Source: Amoebidium appalachense
Taxonomy: Eukaryota; Protista; Ichthyosporea
Reading direction: 5' to 3'
Assembly (NCBI GenBank): GCA_963693365.1
Contig: CAVNZM010000003.1
Span: forward strand, 124,001 to 188,000
Length of the DNA stretch: 64,000 nucleotides
Below the pieces are notes generated by a model that saw only the letters and a program-made list of their open reading frames with translations, ran no database searches and was not told where the DNA came from. A program made the position numbers and the translations under genes. This document shows, in pieces, positions 1-50,972 of this stretch (position 1 is its first letter; the number at the start of each line of letters is the position of its first letter).

Positions 1-1773
1 TTACAAGAAACGCCTGGTGCATCTGCACTAGGGTTGCAACATCAACCCGTTTGTCCCTCACGACGTACCCGAAAAGAAAGCACATAGCCTGCTGCCACAC
101 ACCTCGAACAACACCCAAGTCGAGTCGTTCCCCGGACGCCAAAACCACCCCCATAGACCATAACGTGTTGCCGGCTGCCCAGGCTCTTCTTCCTTCCGTC
201 ACCTTTCCACCAGATTTCGTGCTGCCAGAAAGCAGGTTATCCACATGCACACGCAGCAACCACTCTTCCGTGTACAGGCGTAATCTGGATGGTTTGCTAA
301 GGCAAGGGTGAGGAGCACTCGGGCGCCTTCATAAGGGTCAGTTATTCGGTGGAAATGGAACAACCGCTTGGCCAGAGCTGCTGCGAGTGCGTCATCGTCC
401 ACGTCAAGACGTACCATGGCATCCAAAATGCTGAAAGTGTAACTCTTACTGTCAAACTCGTCGATTCTTTCCTTAGCGTGATCAAAGAGCACATTCAGTA
501 GCGCTGGCTGCTTGTATCTATAGTGAGACACTGCGGAAGCTATGAGTAACAATGCCTTTGTGTTTGGGTTGTGGCCTTTGTTGAACAGGTCGACCAGTCT
601 TTTGCCTACGGTAGCCATCATCTCCGGCGGCAACACCACTTTGCCGGCAGCGGAAGCGTTCAAAACAACAGCCACGCTTTCGAAATCCGCCCTATTTACC
701 GTGTCACTTTTACAGAACCGACTCAGCAGAGAATGGAAGTCTGTGCTTTCCCCACCCAGTACGTGGAGTGCGCGAAGGACCTGAGAAAGTTGTTTGTGTG
801 TCATGACGGGCCCCAAATCGACTGCCCTCCGAAACAACGCTGGCAAATGAGGCGTGCGATGTTCAAAGTTGGCCAAATTATTCAACAAAAAGGCTGTGTC
901 TGAGGCGTCGAAACTGTCGGATACCTCACTTGCGCGTCGAGAAATGGTTGTTAGCAAGTTGGGCATGTCAACACTCTTTGACCACAGCACGTTGGTAATC
1001 ATGCACAGGTGCCGTGGAAGGTCGGGCTTGTCTTGCGCTACGGCGCACAGACGGTTGGCGTGGTTTGCAAAAAACTCCATCACTACCTTGTCAAAGTTGA
1101 CGGTGCTCTTGGACATAAGTAGCTTCATACACTTGGCCAAATCCTTAAGGCACAACTTGTCGACATCGAGCAGAATCGCTGCCCGCCGGATCAAAAAAAC
1201 CGCTGTAGTTTCCGGAAACTCGTTTTCGCGGAAGTTCGCTGCAGCCACGCACAGATCAGCCACGTTGCGAGCATTTAGATGTTCCACGTGCGTTGTGACC
1301 CAAGTCGTCATTGCATCTATGATAACATCGTTGGGTGCTTGGGCTAGCCCTACATTCTTTAACAGCTTGGCACATTCCATGGGTGTAATAGCGTTTTCTT
1401 GTGCCAAATGCTTGACCCGTTGTGAAAGTGCAAGTAAACATCTACCGTTGTCGACAGTAGAGAGTTGGTCTTGATGGGACAAAAGTATACACAGGGTCTT
1501 AATAGGAACATCGTTCACTAAGCTAGCTACTGCGTCCTTGCTCTTGTTGCTGTTGTACATTGAAAGAAAGCTGTCTAACCCAAACCCTTCTAACTCAGGT
1601 TTATGAAGCTCGGGGTTGCGTGTGGTGGTTGAAAACGGACGTGCAGGTGAGCGTAATGGAAATGTGTGTTGTGCGCGTGGGTAGCTACGTGTCGCTGTTA
1701 GGGTCTGTAGCACCCTACCGCACCGGGGCAGCAAAGCAGATGCAAGACCCTTCGCCCGTGCCAGTAACATCAT
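1..1773 (-). CDS. Probable mitochondrion-targeted helical-repeat RNA-binding protein, FASTK/RAP-domain-like (runs off window; apparent 1-nt frameshift near 280-300)
   Basis: Intronless ORF 1773-199 with an Arg/Ser/Leu-rich, acid-free N-terminus (MMLLARAKGLASALLPRCGRVLQTLTATRSY) typical of a mitochondrial presequence. It has degenerate ~35-40 aa helical repeats (SFDASDTAFLLNNLANFEHRTPHL; LLLIASAVSHYRYKQPALL; SILDAMVRLDVDDDAL). A shifted frame continues without stops from ~285 to base 2 (LYTEEWLL...AAGNTLWSMGV...ATLVQMHQAFLV). The RAP domain itself is not visible in the window, so the family call is inference. Confidence 0.65.
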
Positions 1774-3180
1774 GCCGGTGTTTTGAAGAGAAAGTTATAA
1801 GAGTTGTTGCAACACCGGCTGTAAGTCTTATTCTGTAACACAAGAAAACTCGAACACAGTGACACCGTTACGCAAAGAGGTTGACTCAAGGAATCGCGAA
1901 TCGGATTGCTCGTAGCCAATCCGCTGTGGCTCAGTCCGAGCCGTTTGTCTGAGCCGGGAGTGTGCCACGGTGTGTGTGTGTGTGGGTAGAGAGATCTATT
2001 GACATCTTCCCATGGATTTGTGACGTCACCGACTTTTGGCGGACGAAGGCGGATCATTCACAGTGCGCGGCGGCCCTACATACGATATACGCGCGTAGTA
2101 CCGGGAGGATATCATGATCATTACCCCTACCGTTCCCCATCTTTTTGTTAACGGTCTAAGTTACGTGCTTTGCTCCTGCATTTTCTGTATGTGAAGCCTA
2201 AGGATGTAACAAAACAAGCCGGGTGGGGAGAGGGGGGGGGGGGGGGGGGGTAGTTTGTGTTTGCCCAGAGATCTCGAGCACGACAAAGGCACAGCTACCT
2301 TCTCACGGGTCAAACTTTTGTCACCGTACCGCAGTGCCAGGTTTGGCTAACTTAAAACTACACAGGCTGAATGCTTGGATAACCTTGCTAAACTTTTTTT
2401 ATTTTATTTTTTTCCCCTCACGGTTTTGGCAACTTGGGTGGAGGGGCTAAAGCAAAACGAGCTTGGTTCGTTTCTTGACACAAGCCGTAGGCTTTATGTT
2501 CATGATCAACGGAAAATAGAAAGGAGGACAGAAACGCCTTTGCTGAAAACGCAGGAGACCACAATAGTGGCCAAGGAGGCTGGGGCTGCACAGCCTGCTT
2601 TCCTGTACCCCCCCCCCCCCCCCCCCCCCCCCTCCCCTTCATCCCTGCGGAATCCTTACGTCCGCAGTCCCCTAAGAGGATGTACTTTTCCAGCACTGTG
2701 ATTTCTTGGAGTCTTTTCTATTACCAGCCTCTCCCTTTTCCTTACACCGGCACCGTCAGCTTTCCCGCCTTGCACTGTACGCACACAAACACGCCTGTGC
2801 TCCGATGAAACCCGTAAGCGGTAACATGCAATACATAGACTTCAACACTGTGCATCTCCTCTTGAGATCTCGGGACCCCCCAGCAACCCCCCCCCCCCCC
2901 CCCCTCCTCCTCCCCCCCTCCCCCCGCTCTCTCCCTTCCCCTTCAACCAACCCAACTTGAACAGTTCCACTCCCCTAAACATGTTATGTTTGAATGTGCA
3001 GCAGCCAGCTGCTCGTCCGCAAGGCTCTCTATCCCTATTACTAGCTGCCCCCCCCCCCCCCCCCCCCCCCGGGGCCCCAACCCCACAGAGAGAGAGAACG
3101 AGAGAAGACAGAAAGGAGACGATGATATAGAGACTCGAAAGGGAGGAGAAGAGAGATAGATAGATAGATAGATAGATATA

Positions 3181-3237
<57 letters not shown>

Positions 3238-3279
3238 AGGGAGGGAGGGAGGGAGGGAGGGAGGGAGGGAGGGAGGGAG

Positions 3280-3338
<59 letters not shown>

Positions 3339-3816
3339 ACACAGACTACTAAGAGGATCTACGGTACCGGTATAGAGAGCTTGCAGTTTGCAAGTTCAAC
3401 ATACGTGGTGATGTCCACCCTTCCCCCCCCCCCCCCCCCCCCACCCCCACCCCCCTCCCCCAGACACGCGCGGCTTGTCCTAGTATGGTCGTGTCCGGCA
3501 GTTTCAGGGGAATAAATGCACATAGCAAGCACAAGCTTTCTATGCGAACACTCGTACAGGTTATCTGAAAACCGTTTATCAGAAAGTTTCCGGCACAACC
3601 CCATCCTTCAACCACCCCGTCCCGACCCCCTTCGCTTTCTCTTGCCCCCTCCCCCTCCCCCCAGGCTCAGCACACAGTGGCCGGCACACTACACACACAC
3701 ATGTACTCACACACACAGGCACACAGGCACATACACAAACACACACAAAGACACACACACACACATGCACACACTCTCACACACGACGCGCGCGCGCACA
3801 CACATACACACACAAA

Positions 3817-3886
<70 letters not shown>

Positions 3887-6064
3887 CGTTCCCCCCCCCC
3901 CTCCCCACCCAACCCCCCCCCTCCCCGTGACAAGCGTACACACAACGTTTTCCCGTACTACCTTATTGTTTTCCCCTTGATTTACATTCTCTGCTAGGTC
4001 ATCCCTGTAGTTTAGTCCCGTACGCGTGTACCTGTTTCCTATATATATCGGCCAGGGTGCTCAGGGCCCTCTTGCCTGTATGCCTGCCTTCAGTCCCCCC
4101 TCCCCCCCCCCCCCCTCCCCGTGCCCCCCTCCCCCCCCCTCCCCCCCCCCCCCCAAAAAAAAAGAACTTCTCCGTCCCCATAGTCTCCTTTTTTCTTCTT
4201 TTTTTTCAAGTTCTTTCCTCCTTTCCGCCTCCCCTCCCTTTCTTCTTCCTTCAAAGTTTCGCCCCGCCCCTTCTCTCCTCTCCATCCCTACCTCCCTCCT
4301 TTCACCTTTCTCCACCTCCGGGCTCTACGACTTGTCTACCTGCCTGCAAATCTCTGTCTTTTTCCTTCGCTCTGTATGTCGCTCTCAATCTTTCTAAGTC
4401 CCTTTCTTTCTCCCTCCCACTTTTTCTACCCATGATTTTGTCACAAAAAGGGTCTAACCGTGACATCATGCATGAGCATGTGCACAGGGCGCTACTTTAG
4501 GTCTGACAGGCTGGAACTCATGACCTATGTAGGGTGGCTAAGCCGCTGGGCGCTTTTTGTGTAACAAATAGCCTTCTATAAGTACTTTATACAGTAATTA
4601 GTTTGTTAGAAATATACGCGCAGTACTAGTCATGAGAAAGTCTACAAAAGAGTTAAGAAGCAAAGAAGTTGAACGGTATAGTGTGTGGACCTGCCCCGTA
4701 CATATGTACTTTGGGTGGTGCGCGGCAAGGCTTCGTCCGCCAAAATTTGTCCCCGGCCGGGCGGTCAATCGATCGGTCGCAGATGTCAATGTAGAGAGAG
4801 AGAGGGAGAGAGCTCGAGAGCTCGAGAGAGACGGAGAGAGATCTGTGTGTGTGTGTGTGTGTGCGCGCGCGCGCGCGCATGTGTATGTGTGTACACATAT
4901 GCGTCTGTGTGCGTGTGTTATATGAAGGTTGCGGGTGTGAAAGAGAGAATGTATGTGCATGTGAGTGTACATTTTTGTTGATTCTTGAATGCGTGTTGCT
5001 TGCTCACATGTTGGGGTGTATTGCAAGTACTAGTATAGTCAGTGCAAGTGTCCTCGGGTCTGGTTGGTTGTGGCTGTTGGTTTGTATGGTAACCGGCGTA
5101 AAACAGATGTGTGCTCACTGCCGTATACGTACATAATACTGATGTGAGCTTGCTGTTATGTAAACAGTAACATGTTTTAGAATGGCCCATTGAATGGGCC
5201 AGGTGAGATAGCCTAATAACAAAAGGCACACGAATTCACGAAAATGACCGTGGGCCACAGCCCCCCACAGCCCCCCCCCCCCCCCCTCCCCCCCCCCCCC
5301 CCCCCCCCCCTCTTCCCCTCCCCTCCTCCTCGCCCCCGGGGGGCTACAAAAATAGATCATGACAGCAGACCACGCAGCACAACAACCATGCGGATGTGTT
5401 GATTATTGCGCGGCATCTGTACTTTGATCACGCTAATTACTGCACTTAGACATATCACAGCGCCTTGGTAAAGTGTGGAATGTGCTTTATGTCATGGTAA
5501 GGAAATATCAGTGCAAAGGCAAATACAGTCAAGTATTGGGGGTTGATACATGGTCCTGGAATTCTCTGAGAAGCACCGACACGTGGCAGGTCATTATTAA
5601 TAATCTAGAGGTTAATATCTTAACAAGAGAATACTTATAATAACGTAAATGTGTCGTGATATTCCATAGTGTACCAATTCGTTTGTTGACATATGAGCGT
5701 AAATAGCTACCTTAGTATGAATGGTAGGTTGGTGATCATGGTGTTTGGTGTGTGATAGAACTGAAAAACAGACAAAATGTTGCGAGTAAACTTGCAACCC
5801 ACTACAACTTACAGCAGAATCCCACGTGTACACATGTACACACATGAACGTGCATGTGTACACACACATCCGTGGGCGCACGGACACGGGTGCACGCATG
5901 CACAAACATATGCATATGCACACACACACACTCAAATACGGACATATTACATACACACACACGCAACACACACGCGCGCGCGCACACACACACACACATA
6001 CACACACATGCACACAGACGCGTGCACACGCGTAACCCCCGGCCCCGGGCCAGCCAACCAAAAG

Positions 6065-6430
6065 GCCCGTTGTGCAAAACAGCCGAGTTGGCCGCCCCCC
6101 CCCCCCCCTACGTGTCGCTGTTAGGGTGGGTAGCACGCTAACGCACCGGGGCAGCAAAGACGATGCAAGAAACTTTGCCCGTGCGAGAAACATGATGCCG
6201 GTGTTCTGAATCGCATATCACAGAGGTGTGAAGTAACATCGGCAGTAGCTCTAACTACAAACCGATGTTTAGGAATGCCACCCTTTAGCTATACCACACG
6301 TTTTGTACCAGGAACGGTCACAACTGTCACTCTTGAACTCTCAGAAAGTTCGAAGGGAATAACGCAAAGAAGAATCGAATTCTTTTCAGCCAATCCGCTG
6401 TGGCTCAATTCAAGCGGTTTGTCCTGGGAG
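6065..6430 (-). pseudogene. Truncated, decayed duplicate of the 5' end and upstream region of the FASTK/RAP-like gene
   Basis: 6193-6110 encodes MFLARAKFLASSLLPRCVSVLPTLTATR versus MLLARAKGLASALLPRCGRVLQTLTATR at 1770-1687. A poly-G run follows, then RPTRLFCTT versus SPARPFSTT. Upstream gccaatccgctgtggctca is shared (~1915-1933 and ~6389-6407). No further coding homology is visible. Confidence 0.75.
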
Positions 6431-7253
6431 TTGCTATATATGGAAATGGAAGAAAAGAGCAGATCCAAGTTATTGAAATTCGTGTTCGACAGTCCGAAAT
6501 GAGAGTGCATGTGTGAGTTTACATCTAAGGTGTGCAAACGTGAGTACGGTATGTGCGGGTGCCACGTATGGGGGTTGCAAGTGTGAAAGAGAGAGAGCGT
6601 ATGCATGTAAGTGTGCATGTGTGTGTCTGTGTGCGTGAGTGTGCAGGTGTGTGCTTGTGTCTGTGTGTAGGGTGGCCAGGAGAAGGGAGGGAGGGGGGGG
6701 GGGGGGGGGGGCTAGGGCGGGAGAGGGGGGGGGGAGGGGGGAGAGGGGCTGGTTGAGCAGTTCGCTCGCGAGCGCGGGTGTCACTGTGGCGGCTTGTGTG
6801 GTATCACGTCCAGTTGTGTGTGTGTGTGTGTGAGTGTTTGTGTGTGTGCGTGTGTGTGTGCGTGTGTGTGTGTGTGCGTGTGCACGAACAGCCGTATGAG
6901 TGCTTTTTTATGATTGTGCTACTCGGAATGTGCTCCTTTCGCGCACATTCTCTTATGGAACGTATGTTGATTGTGTTTTCTTGCTCCACGTGGTATTGTA
7001 CAAGTACTATTGGGTGCAAGTGCCCCCGAGTCTGGTTGGGTGTGTGTGTTTGTGTATTAGCCTTGAAGGAGGGTTGCTCTGCTTGTGCATGCGTGCTTGC
7101 TTTCCGTGTGTGTTTCGAACAGCAAAGTGCTGGGTATGCTTGTTTGTGCGAGTGGTGTGTTAAATGTTTGTGCGTGCGCATGTTCAGCTGGTTGGGTGAA
7201 CGACGGTATGTTTACTGGTGTATCCCCGTATGGCTGGGGGTGGGTGGCAGCTG

Positions 7254-7309
<56 letters not shown>

Positions 7310-7461
7310 TGTGTGTGTGACGTGTGTGTGTGTGTGTGTGTGTTTGCGTGTGTGTGCTCTTATGTATGTACTGTATTTGGGCTTGTATCAGGCTGGAAGA
7401 GCGGGTGGGAGAGGGGGGGAAGGCTGTGCAAGGCTGAAAATGTAAAAGGAGTTGTAGCTTC

Positions 7462-7512
<51 letters not shown>

Positions 7513-9289
7513 ACACACCCTCGGAAATCGTAGTCAGGCTAAAAAACTGGCGATACCATGAAGTGTGAAAAAATCAGAGCCGTCGGGCCATTTAGGCGGG
7601 TTTTCTTGCTATGATGCAACTTGGACTGACAGCAACCAAAAACTATCACGATCAATAGTTTGGTAGCACGATTGCCTGAAGCCGTGCCCGTAGAATAAAT
7701 GCCACTTATTATGGGGTGGGCAACTGCGACCAGAGAACATGTGCAGAGAAGTAGCTGAATCAGCGCTAGCGTTAGCCGTGGTTCAGAGATAAGGAAGCGA
7801 GGCAAGGAAAGCATATCGTGTTGCTACTTTGCATGCATTCACAGTGTTGCTGCAAAAGTTGTAATGTTGACCAGAGAAAGAAGAGCTTTTTTTACAGATG
7901 TAGTAAGAACAGAAATTTTTATGACACGTTAGCCAAATAGTCGCCCGGCGAGTTTTCTCCGCTAAAGTCAAACCGAAACACTTTCACTGACCCCCAATAC
8001 CCTTACACGAGAGCTCCACACACGCGAGCTCCCTATCAGCCTATCCGCCAAGGTTGTATCTAGGAAGCCTTGCTATCCGCGACATGTACAGGACGGATCG
8101 TGAAAAGCGAAAAAAAGCATTTTCAAACGGTTGCATTTGTGAGCCGTGCGCAAAAGTAATCCAATCAGATGCGGCTCACTGAAATCAGTTTCCAGCTACT
8201 ATATATGGGCAAAGGGTTTGAGGAGAAGAAATGAATGGTTAAAAGTCACACTATTGCTGCCAAGAGTTTTTCGTATCCAATGGAGGGCCCGTATGCAGAT
8301 GTTTGGGGGAGGTCATGTTCGGCAATTTTCACAGCGATTTTACAATATTCTTTGTAAAAAGTGTGTAAACCCCAATATTCTTTGGATACACGGAGAAAAT
8401 GGAATTTGGACCCACACCGCCATGGGAAACGTAAGTCGACAATATGCCATAACCGCGTTTAACAATTGTGTGCCTACATAAAAATCAAAGAATAATTATA
8501 TAGCAGATAAAAATAGTTAAATTAAGTTATTAAATAAAATATACACATAACAAGAAGAGTAATAGACTTCAGTAGTGGACACAAAAAAAAACTGTAACCT
8601 GCCATGGGAAAGGCCATCAGAGTCGGTTTTACGATCGTACCGACTTGAAACTTCGCGCGCGACATTTTATCAGCGGAACCCGACCTGAATCGTTAGAGGG
8701 TTCCAAATTCACATAAAACCATTGCCGTTTTAGAAATGGATGTCGGACAAACAACTTTTGCGTGTCGCGCGAGCATAATTGGATAATCTGTGTCGGATCT
8801 GTCAGTTCGCAGTGTCGCATCGACACGATTTCTATGTCGGTAAACCATTGTACCGACGATGTACGTTGTCACGTCCCCCAAAATCCATCGGATTGACCCT
8901 GAGATACTCTGAGCTTTATGGCAATACCTATTTACTATAAAATGTGAATATAAACCGCACAAACAAAAAACAACCTTATATTGTGCACAAATCTTATTCT
9001 GCTTACGTACTCTACAGTTATATACGCTGGTTCCGAACACCGCCGGCCCCTCGCCGGCCGCGGCATGTGCACAGCCTCACAAGTTGCATAGTCATGCGCA
9101 GTGCACCCCCAAAATCCTCGATATCTCAGTTTGATGAATGGATGTATATCACGGTAAAAATTATGTCTTTTCAGACCTCCCCCAGACAGTGTTCTGCATA
9201 AGCGCCCTCGCTAAATAACAACTTGGGATGCTGTCTCCGCTTAGTTAGCGAAGTCCAAGATCTCAGTTCAGAGGAGTGCAATCGCAGCG

Positions 9290-9545
9290 CAACAATTGGC
9301 TCAATCATTAGCATTCCAACCAATCACAAATGTAAAATATACACGTTGATGAGCCAGATCTGCACATTAGATTTAAACCAATCATCAAGCGTCATTGCTC
9401 TTTTTGCCGTAGTTCAAAAAAGGCGCTGAAATTGGTTAGAGTTATAGGTAGTCTAATTCAATTGGTGCGGTGCATCGACGAAAAGTCTGACGTCACATTC
9501 CATTCCAGAATATGCGATATGATTGGTGCGGGGGCTCGACAAATA
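9290..9545 (+). promoter_or_regulatory. Candidate promoter of the NDUFA4-like gene (clustered CCAAT boxes, CRE site)
   Basis: Six CCAAT/ATTGG motifs within ~250 bp, TGACGTCA at 9488-9495, and a duplicated attggtgcgg motif (~9461, ~9522). Function is inferred from position only. Confidence 0.3.
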
Positions 9546-10145
9546 CTCCCGGCTAGTATAGACTAGTTGCTGCCAGTTCGGAAGCAATTAAAAAACTTTG
9601 CTGAAAGCAGCAAATTCTCAAACGAATGAACTTGTCTTGATAAGAACTTGTGTATGCCTGAATGGTGTTGAAATGACAGAACACAGCCAAAATTACTACA
9701 CAAGTATATATATAAAAAAGAATATTTAATTTCTACCCACATATTGGGTCAAACAAAACTACAGCAACTCCTGTTTACTGACACTACGCGTTGAAAAACT
9801 GATTCGTGCTATTTTACCCATCTCGCACCAGTCAAGCATATAAACCCACGCACTAGTCATTCGGGATCAGTTCGTTTGTTTACTCTACGTGCAAAGGTGT
9901 GGTGTTGTGTTCTTACTTGATTCTAAACGAGTTTCATAGCTCTTTGGCCCCATTGCCTCTTATAATGTTTGGCTCTTTGCACCGGCTTTCGTGCTCTCCT
10001 TCTCTGCCTTTTTCGTCCTAGGCCTTTCTTCCGTGTGCACCATGCAAATGATTTTGTGCACTTTAGCACGCACAGAGCACCGATGAAGTCATCTGCTGCC
10101 ACTCACCAACTCTCATCCTTCACAGGAAACTCCGAAAATATCAAG

Positions 10146-10540
10146 ATGTTTCCCGCTCTGTCCAAGACACTCAAGCAGGCGCCTGAGCTTATGCCCCTGT
10201 TTGTTGCCGTTGGCGTCGGCTGTGCCTTTGCTGGATTCACGATGGCACGCACATTCATGAATAGTGCCTCCTACTCCCGCCTCCGCCAGAGGCCCTGGGA
10301 GCATATCCAGGTGTGTACAAGGCTGTCACTTTCACGTTGTCTTTCTTCTTTCGCCTCAGATATCGCGTCGGTATCTTCCCTACTGTTGGATCCCTCTCCC
10401 CCCTCTTCCTCAAACTCAACGGTCTGGAAGTTCTGCAGTGGCCCAGGGGTGTTTTCTGTGACTAACTCTTTTTTTTCTTCTTGCAGCCCGGCCAGCAGAC
10501 GAAGCTATTCAAGTTCGACCCCCCCAAGACCACCGAGTAA
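10146..10540 (+). CDS. NDUFA4: NDUFA4/COXFA4 (MLRQ/B12D family) cytochrome c oxidase-associated subunit, 72 aa, 2 coding exons
   Basis: Exons 10146-10310 and 10487-10540 (CAG|GTGTGT ... TTGCAG|, phase 0) give MFPALSKTLKQAPELMPLFVAVGVGCAFAGFTMARTFMNSASYSRLRQRPWEHIQ-PGQQTKLFKFDPPKTTE*. It has the family hallmarks PELxPLF + single TM helix + PW...P.QQ.KL. An acceptor (tcacag) at ~10125 suggests a 5'UTR intron. Confidence 0.85.
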
Positions 10541-11105
10541 ACGTTGGGGCTGATGTTATGCATGTTCAGTTGCAACATCTGGAGATTACTTGTGACATGA
10601 CGTGTGGCACTAGTGCACTGGAGATAAGACGCGTGTTTACGAAAGGAGTTATCAACAAACGGACTGCGTGTACATAGGCATCTTTTTCCTTTTCCCCCTT
10701 CCCCTTTCTGGGATATGGTGAGGAATATACATATAACGAAGAACCGATATTGAATGATATGGCGGTATCACACCCTAGCCTACGGTGGCTTGAGTTCTTT
10801 GTAAGCAATAAATCCTCCCCAACCTTGATGCTTTGCATGGATAACCACCCGTGCATGGGCCCAGGCACATGTGCACCGACGCGTCCGCCTAGTTTTGTGG
10901 GTTGCGTGACTGCTATCACAGATAGAGCAAACATCTTGTTTTCATGGTCCGAATGTCGGGTCACGGTAAGACATAAAATTCTGTTTCGGTCGCCCTTTTC
11001 CCCTTTTGCTTTTTGCTCATTTCGTGACATCACCGTTATAGTCCGCCAAAATTTACAGATACCGTCCGCCACCTCTAAAAATGTAGCCACGGTGCATATT
11101 CTTAT

Positions 11106-11156
<51 letters not shown>

Positions 11157-11179
11157 GATGGGTGGGTGGGTGGGTGGGT

Positions 11180-11216
<37 letters not shown>

Positions 11217-11844
11217 GGTTGCCGTCATGTTCTTACTGGTCCAGCGTATTGTATTCATTAGTCAGAATCTGCCAAAATCTGGCCGCGGTGCACATTCTTA
11301 TTAAAAAAAAAAAAGCTAATTGGCAGCTAGGGTGTTCTTCAGTGGCGGGTATTCTTAGTGGCGGACAGTAACTGTAAGTTGAGAAGGCCTAGGCAGGCCG
11401 CTCCCTTTATAGGTAGCTGATATTTTTCAAGGGGTGAGTTAAACGTTTAACGGTGTTGCAGAAGCACCTACTCCCGTACCCCTCGAGTCCTGGCCGGATT
11501 CTACACTGAGCAGCTGCAGGAGATGTCGATATATTTACCGAATACTATATACATATAAGCGGGTGTTAGCTAGGGCACAGTACTTCTCAGGCAGCAGGGT
11601 TTTCGAAGAAGGCGGACACGTAATTATTTTAAAGCTGTCTTTGCAGAAAGTTTAACATATCATTCATGTATAAAAGTTTAACATATCATTCATGTATAAG
11701 TGGATGGTGCACATGGGCACCGTGGACACGTATCCTCTTCATTGCTCGGATAATGTTTTTTGCAAACAACCCCCCCCCCCCCTCCCCCGGCGCCCCCCCC
11801 CCACCCCCCTTCCCCACACACACGCACACACGCACACGCGCGCG

Positions 11845-11883
<39 letters not shown>

Positions 11884-11894
11884 ACACGCGCGCG

Positions 11895-11937
<43 letters not shown>

Positions 11938-12727
11938 CACACACACATACCCGCCCGCCCGTTGTAACCACCAACCACCACCAACATGTGCCGTTGGTGA
12001 TCCAGAATTACCCACCATCCTTAAGCTCCATTGGGGTCAATACTTTCTTTACGTGTGAACGCTAATTAGATGGTGCATGCAGCATACAGATGATTTGGCA
12101 CGGACATTTGCTTGGTTTTTGGTGGGGTAGTTGCGTCCGAGACCATGGGAATTCACGCAAGCCAACAGTGGCACAAGTTTGCTTACTTTTAATACTGTCC
12201 TGCAATACATGGGCATGAAAAGTCCAGCACCGACGGTAATCATAACTTATAACAACACAGACCTGCAGCACATGTCTTTATTTACGCAATATATATATAC
12301 ACAACTCACTCAAACCATGCACTCGATTCATCTGTTTACATGTTGTTGTACACACTGAACAGTAGTTGTCACTGATTCCACGTCGCAAAAACGAACACAT
12401 TATTTCCCATCAACCATCTGCATTGACCATGACATCATTTCATTTAATATACCCCTCATGGCTACCAAACCAACTACATAATTCAAAAACCCCGGTATCA
12501 CTTCACACACATATCACAGTGGAATTTGGAGATATAAATCTAAACGTAAACTAGATTAAATCATAAGAGGCTGCGTGTATAGTACATAACACACCAGACA
12601 GAGACACACTGTGGCACTATTACATCATTCCTTCTCTTTATCACATCCTCGTCTATTTCAACACCAGTCATGTCATTTCACACAACCACCTTCCATATCT
12701 GGCAAGTTTCCTTATTTGGAAGTGCTC

Positions 12728-50100
<37,373 letters not shown>

Positions 50101-50934
50101 GGTGCCGGGTAGGTGCAAGGTGGCACATCCTGTAGGGGGGTTTTTTTTTTTTTTCGGTCGGGGGGGGGGGGGGGGGGGGAGGGAAGGGGGGGTAGATCTG
50201 TGAGTGTGTGGTTGGTAAACGGGGACTTGAGGTGATGGGGAGGGGAGGAGGAAAAAGGAAAGGCGAAAAGGGAGTGGGGGGGGTCGGGGGGTGGGGAGGG
50301 GGACGGGGGGGGGGGGGGGGGGGGGGTTTGAATATATCAGAGTACGAGGTACACATATACAACGATCCCAACACCATGCAGAGTGCAACCGCACATGGAT
50401 GGAAGAGGGAGTGGGGGAGGGAGGGGGCGGAAGGAGGGGATATGATGAGAGAAGTAGAAACCGAGACAATAGGTTGAGGTTAGGATTTGCTAAAGAGAAT
50501 TAACAGGAGTGGTACAGGGTGTTGCTACAAGAGAGTGAGAGGGATCCTCAGGGTGGGGGAGGTAGGGGAGGTGGAGGGTATCGAGTTTGGAACGTGGCAC
50601 AAGGCATGAAGTGCGAATTGCTAACGGAGAACAAAGTTCGGGGGCGGGGGGGGGGGGAGGGTTAAGGAAAAACTGACTCTGTGCACACGTATTAGCAAAG
50701 AAGTGCGGTACTCGCATGGGCACAAACGCGAGTGCTAAGCGAAAAGGAGGGCGAGGTGAACATTAGGAAGAGAGGGGAGGGGGGGGGGGGGGGGGGGGGG
50801 GGGCTGCAGCTTGGAGTAGAGGGAGGGGGAGGGGGGGGGGGGGGGGGGGATTTACCAGGGTGCAGAACTAGACTTTCGATCGCAAGGGCTGTAAACTAAA
50901 GGCAAGATCGTACATGCATGGAAAAAAAAAAGGG

Positions 50935-50972
<38 letters not shown>

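Noticed and set aside
7520-9250. Repeat-free block suspected to be a DNA transposon
   Set aside because: No terminal inverted repeats, target-site duplication or transposase motifs found by eye.
9969-10553. 194-aa ORF as listed
   Set aside because: It reads through 5' intron/UTR sequence and the 10311-10486 intron; the spliced 72-aa NDUFA4-like product fits the family.
11108-11215. Telomeric T/G repeats
   Set aside because: Single homopolymer blocks, not a periodic telomere unit.
11340-11510. CAGTGGCGG...CACTG MITE-like ends
   Set aside because: Only ~5 bp of perfect terminal complementarity; not distinguishable from chance.
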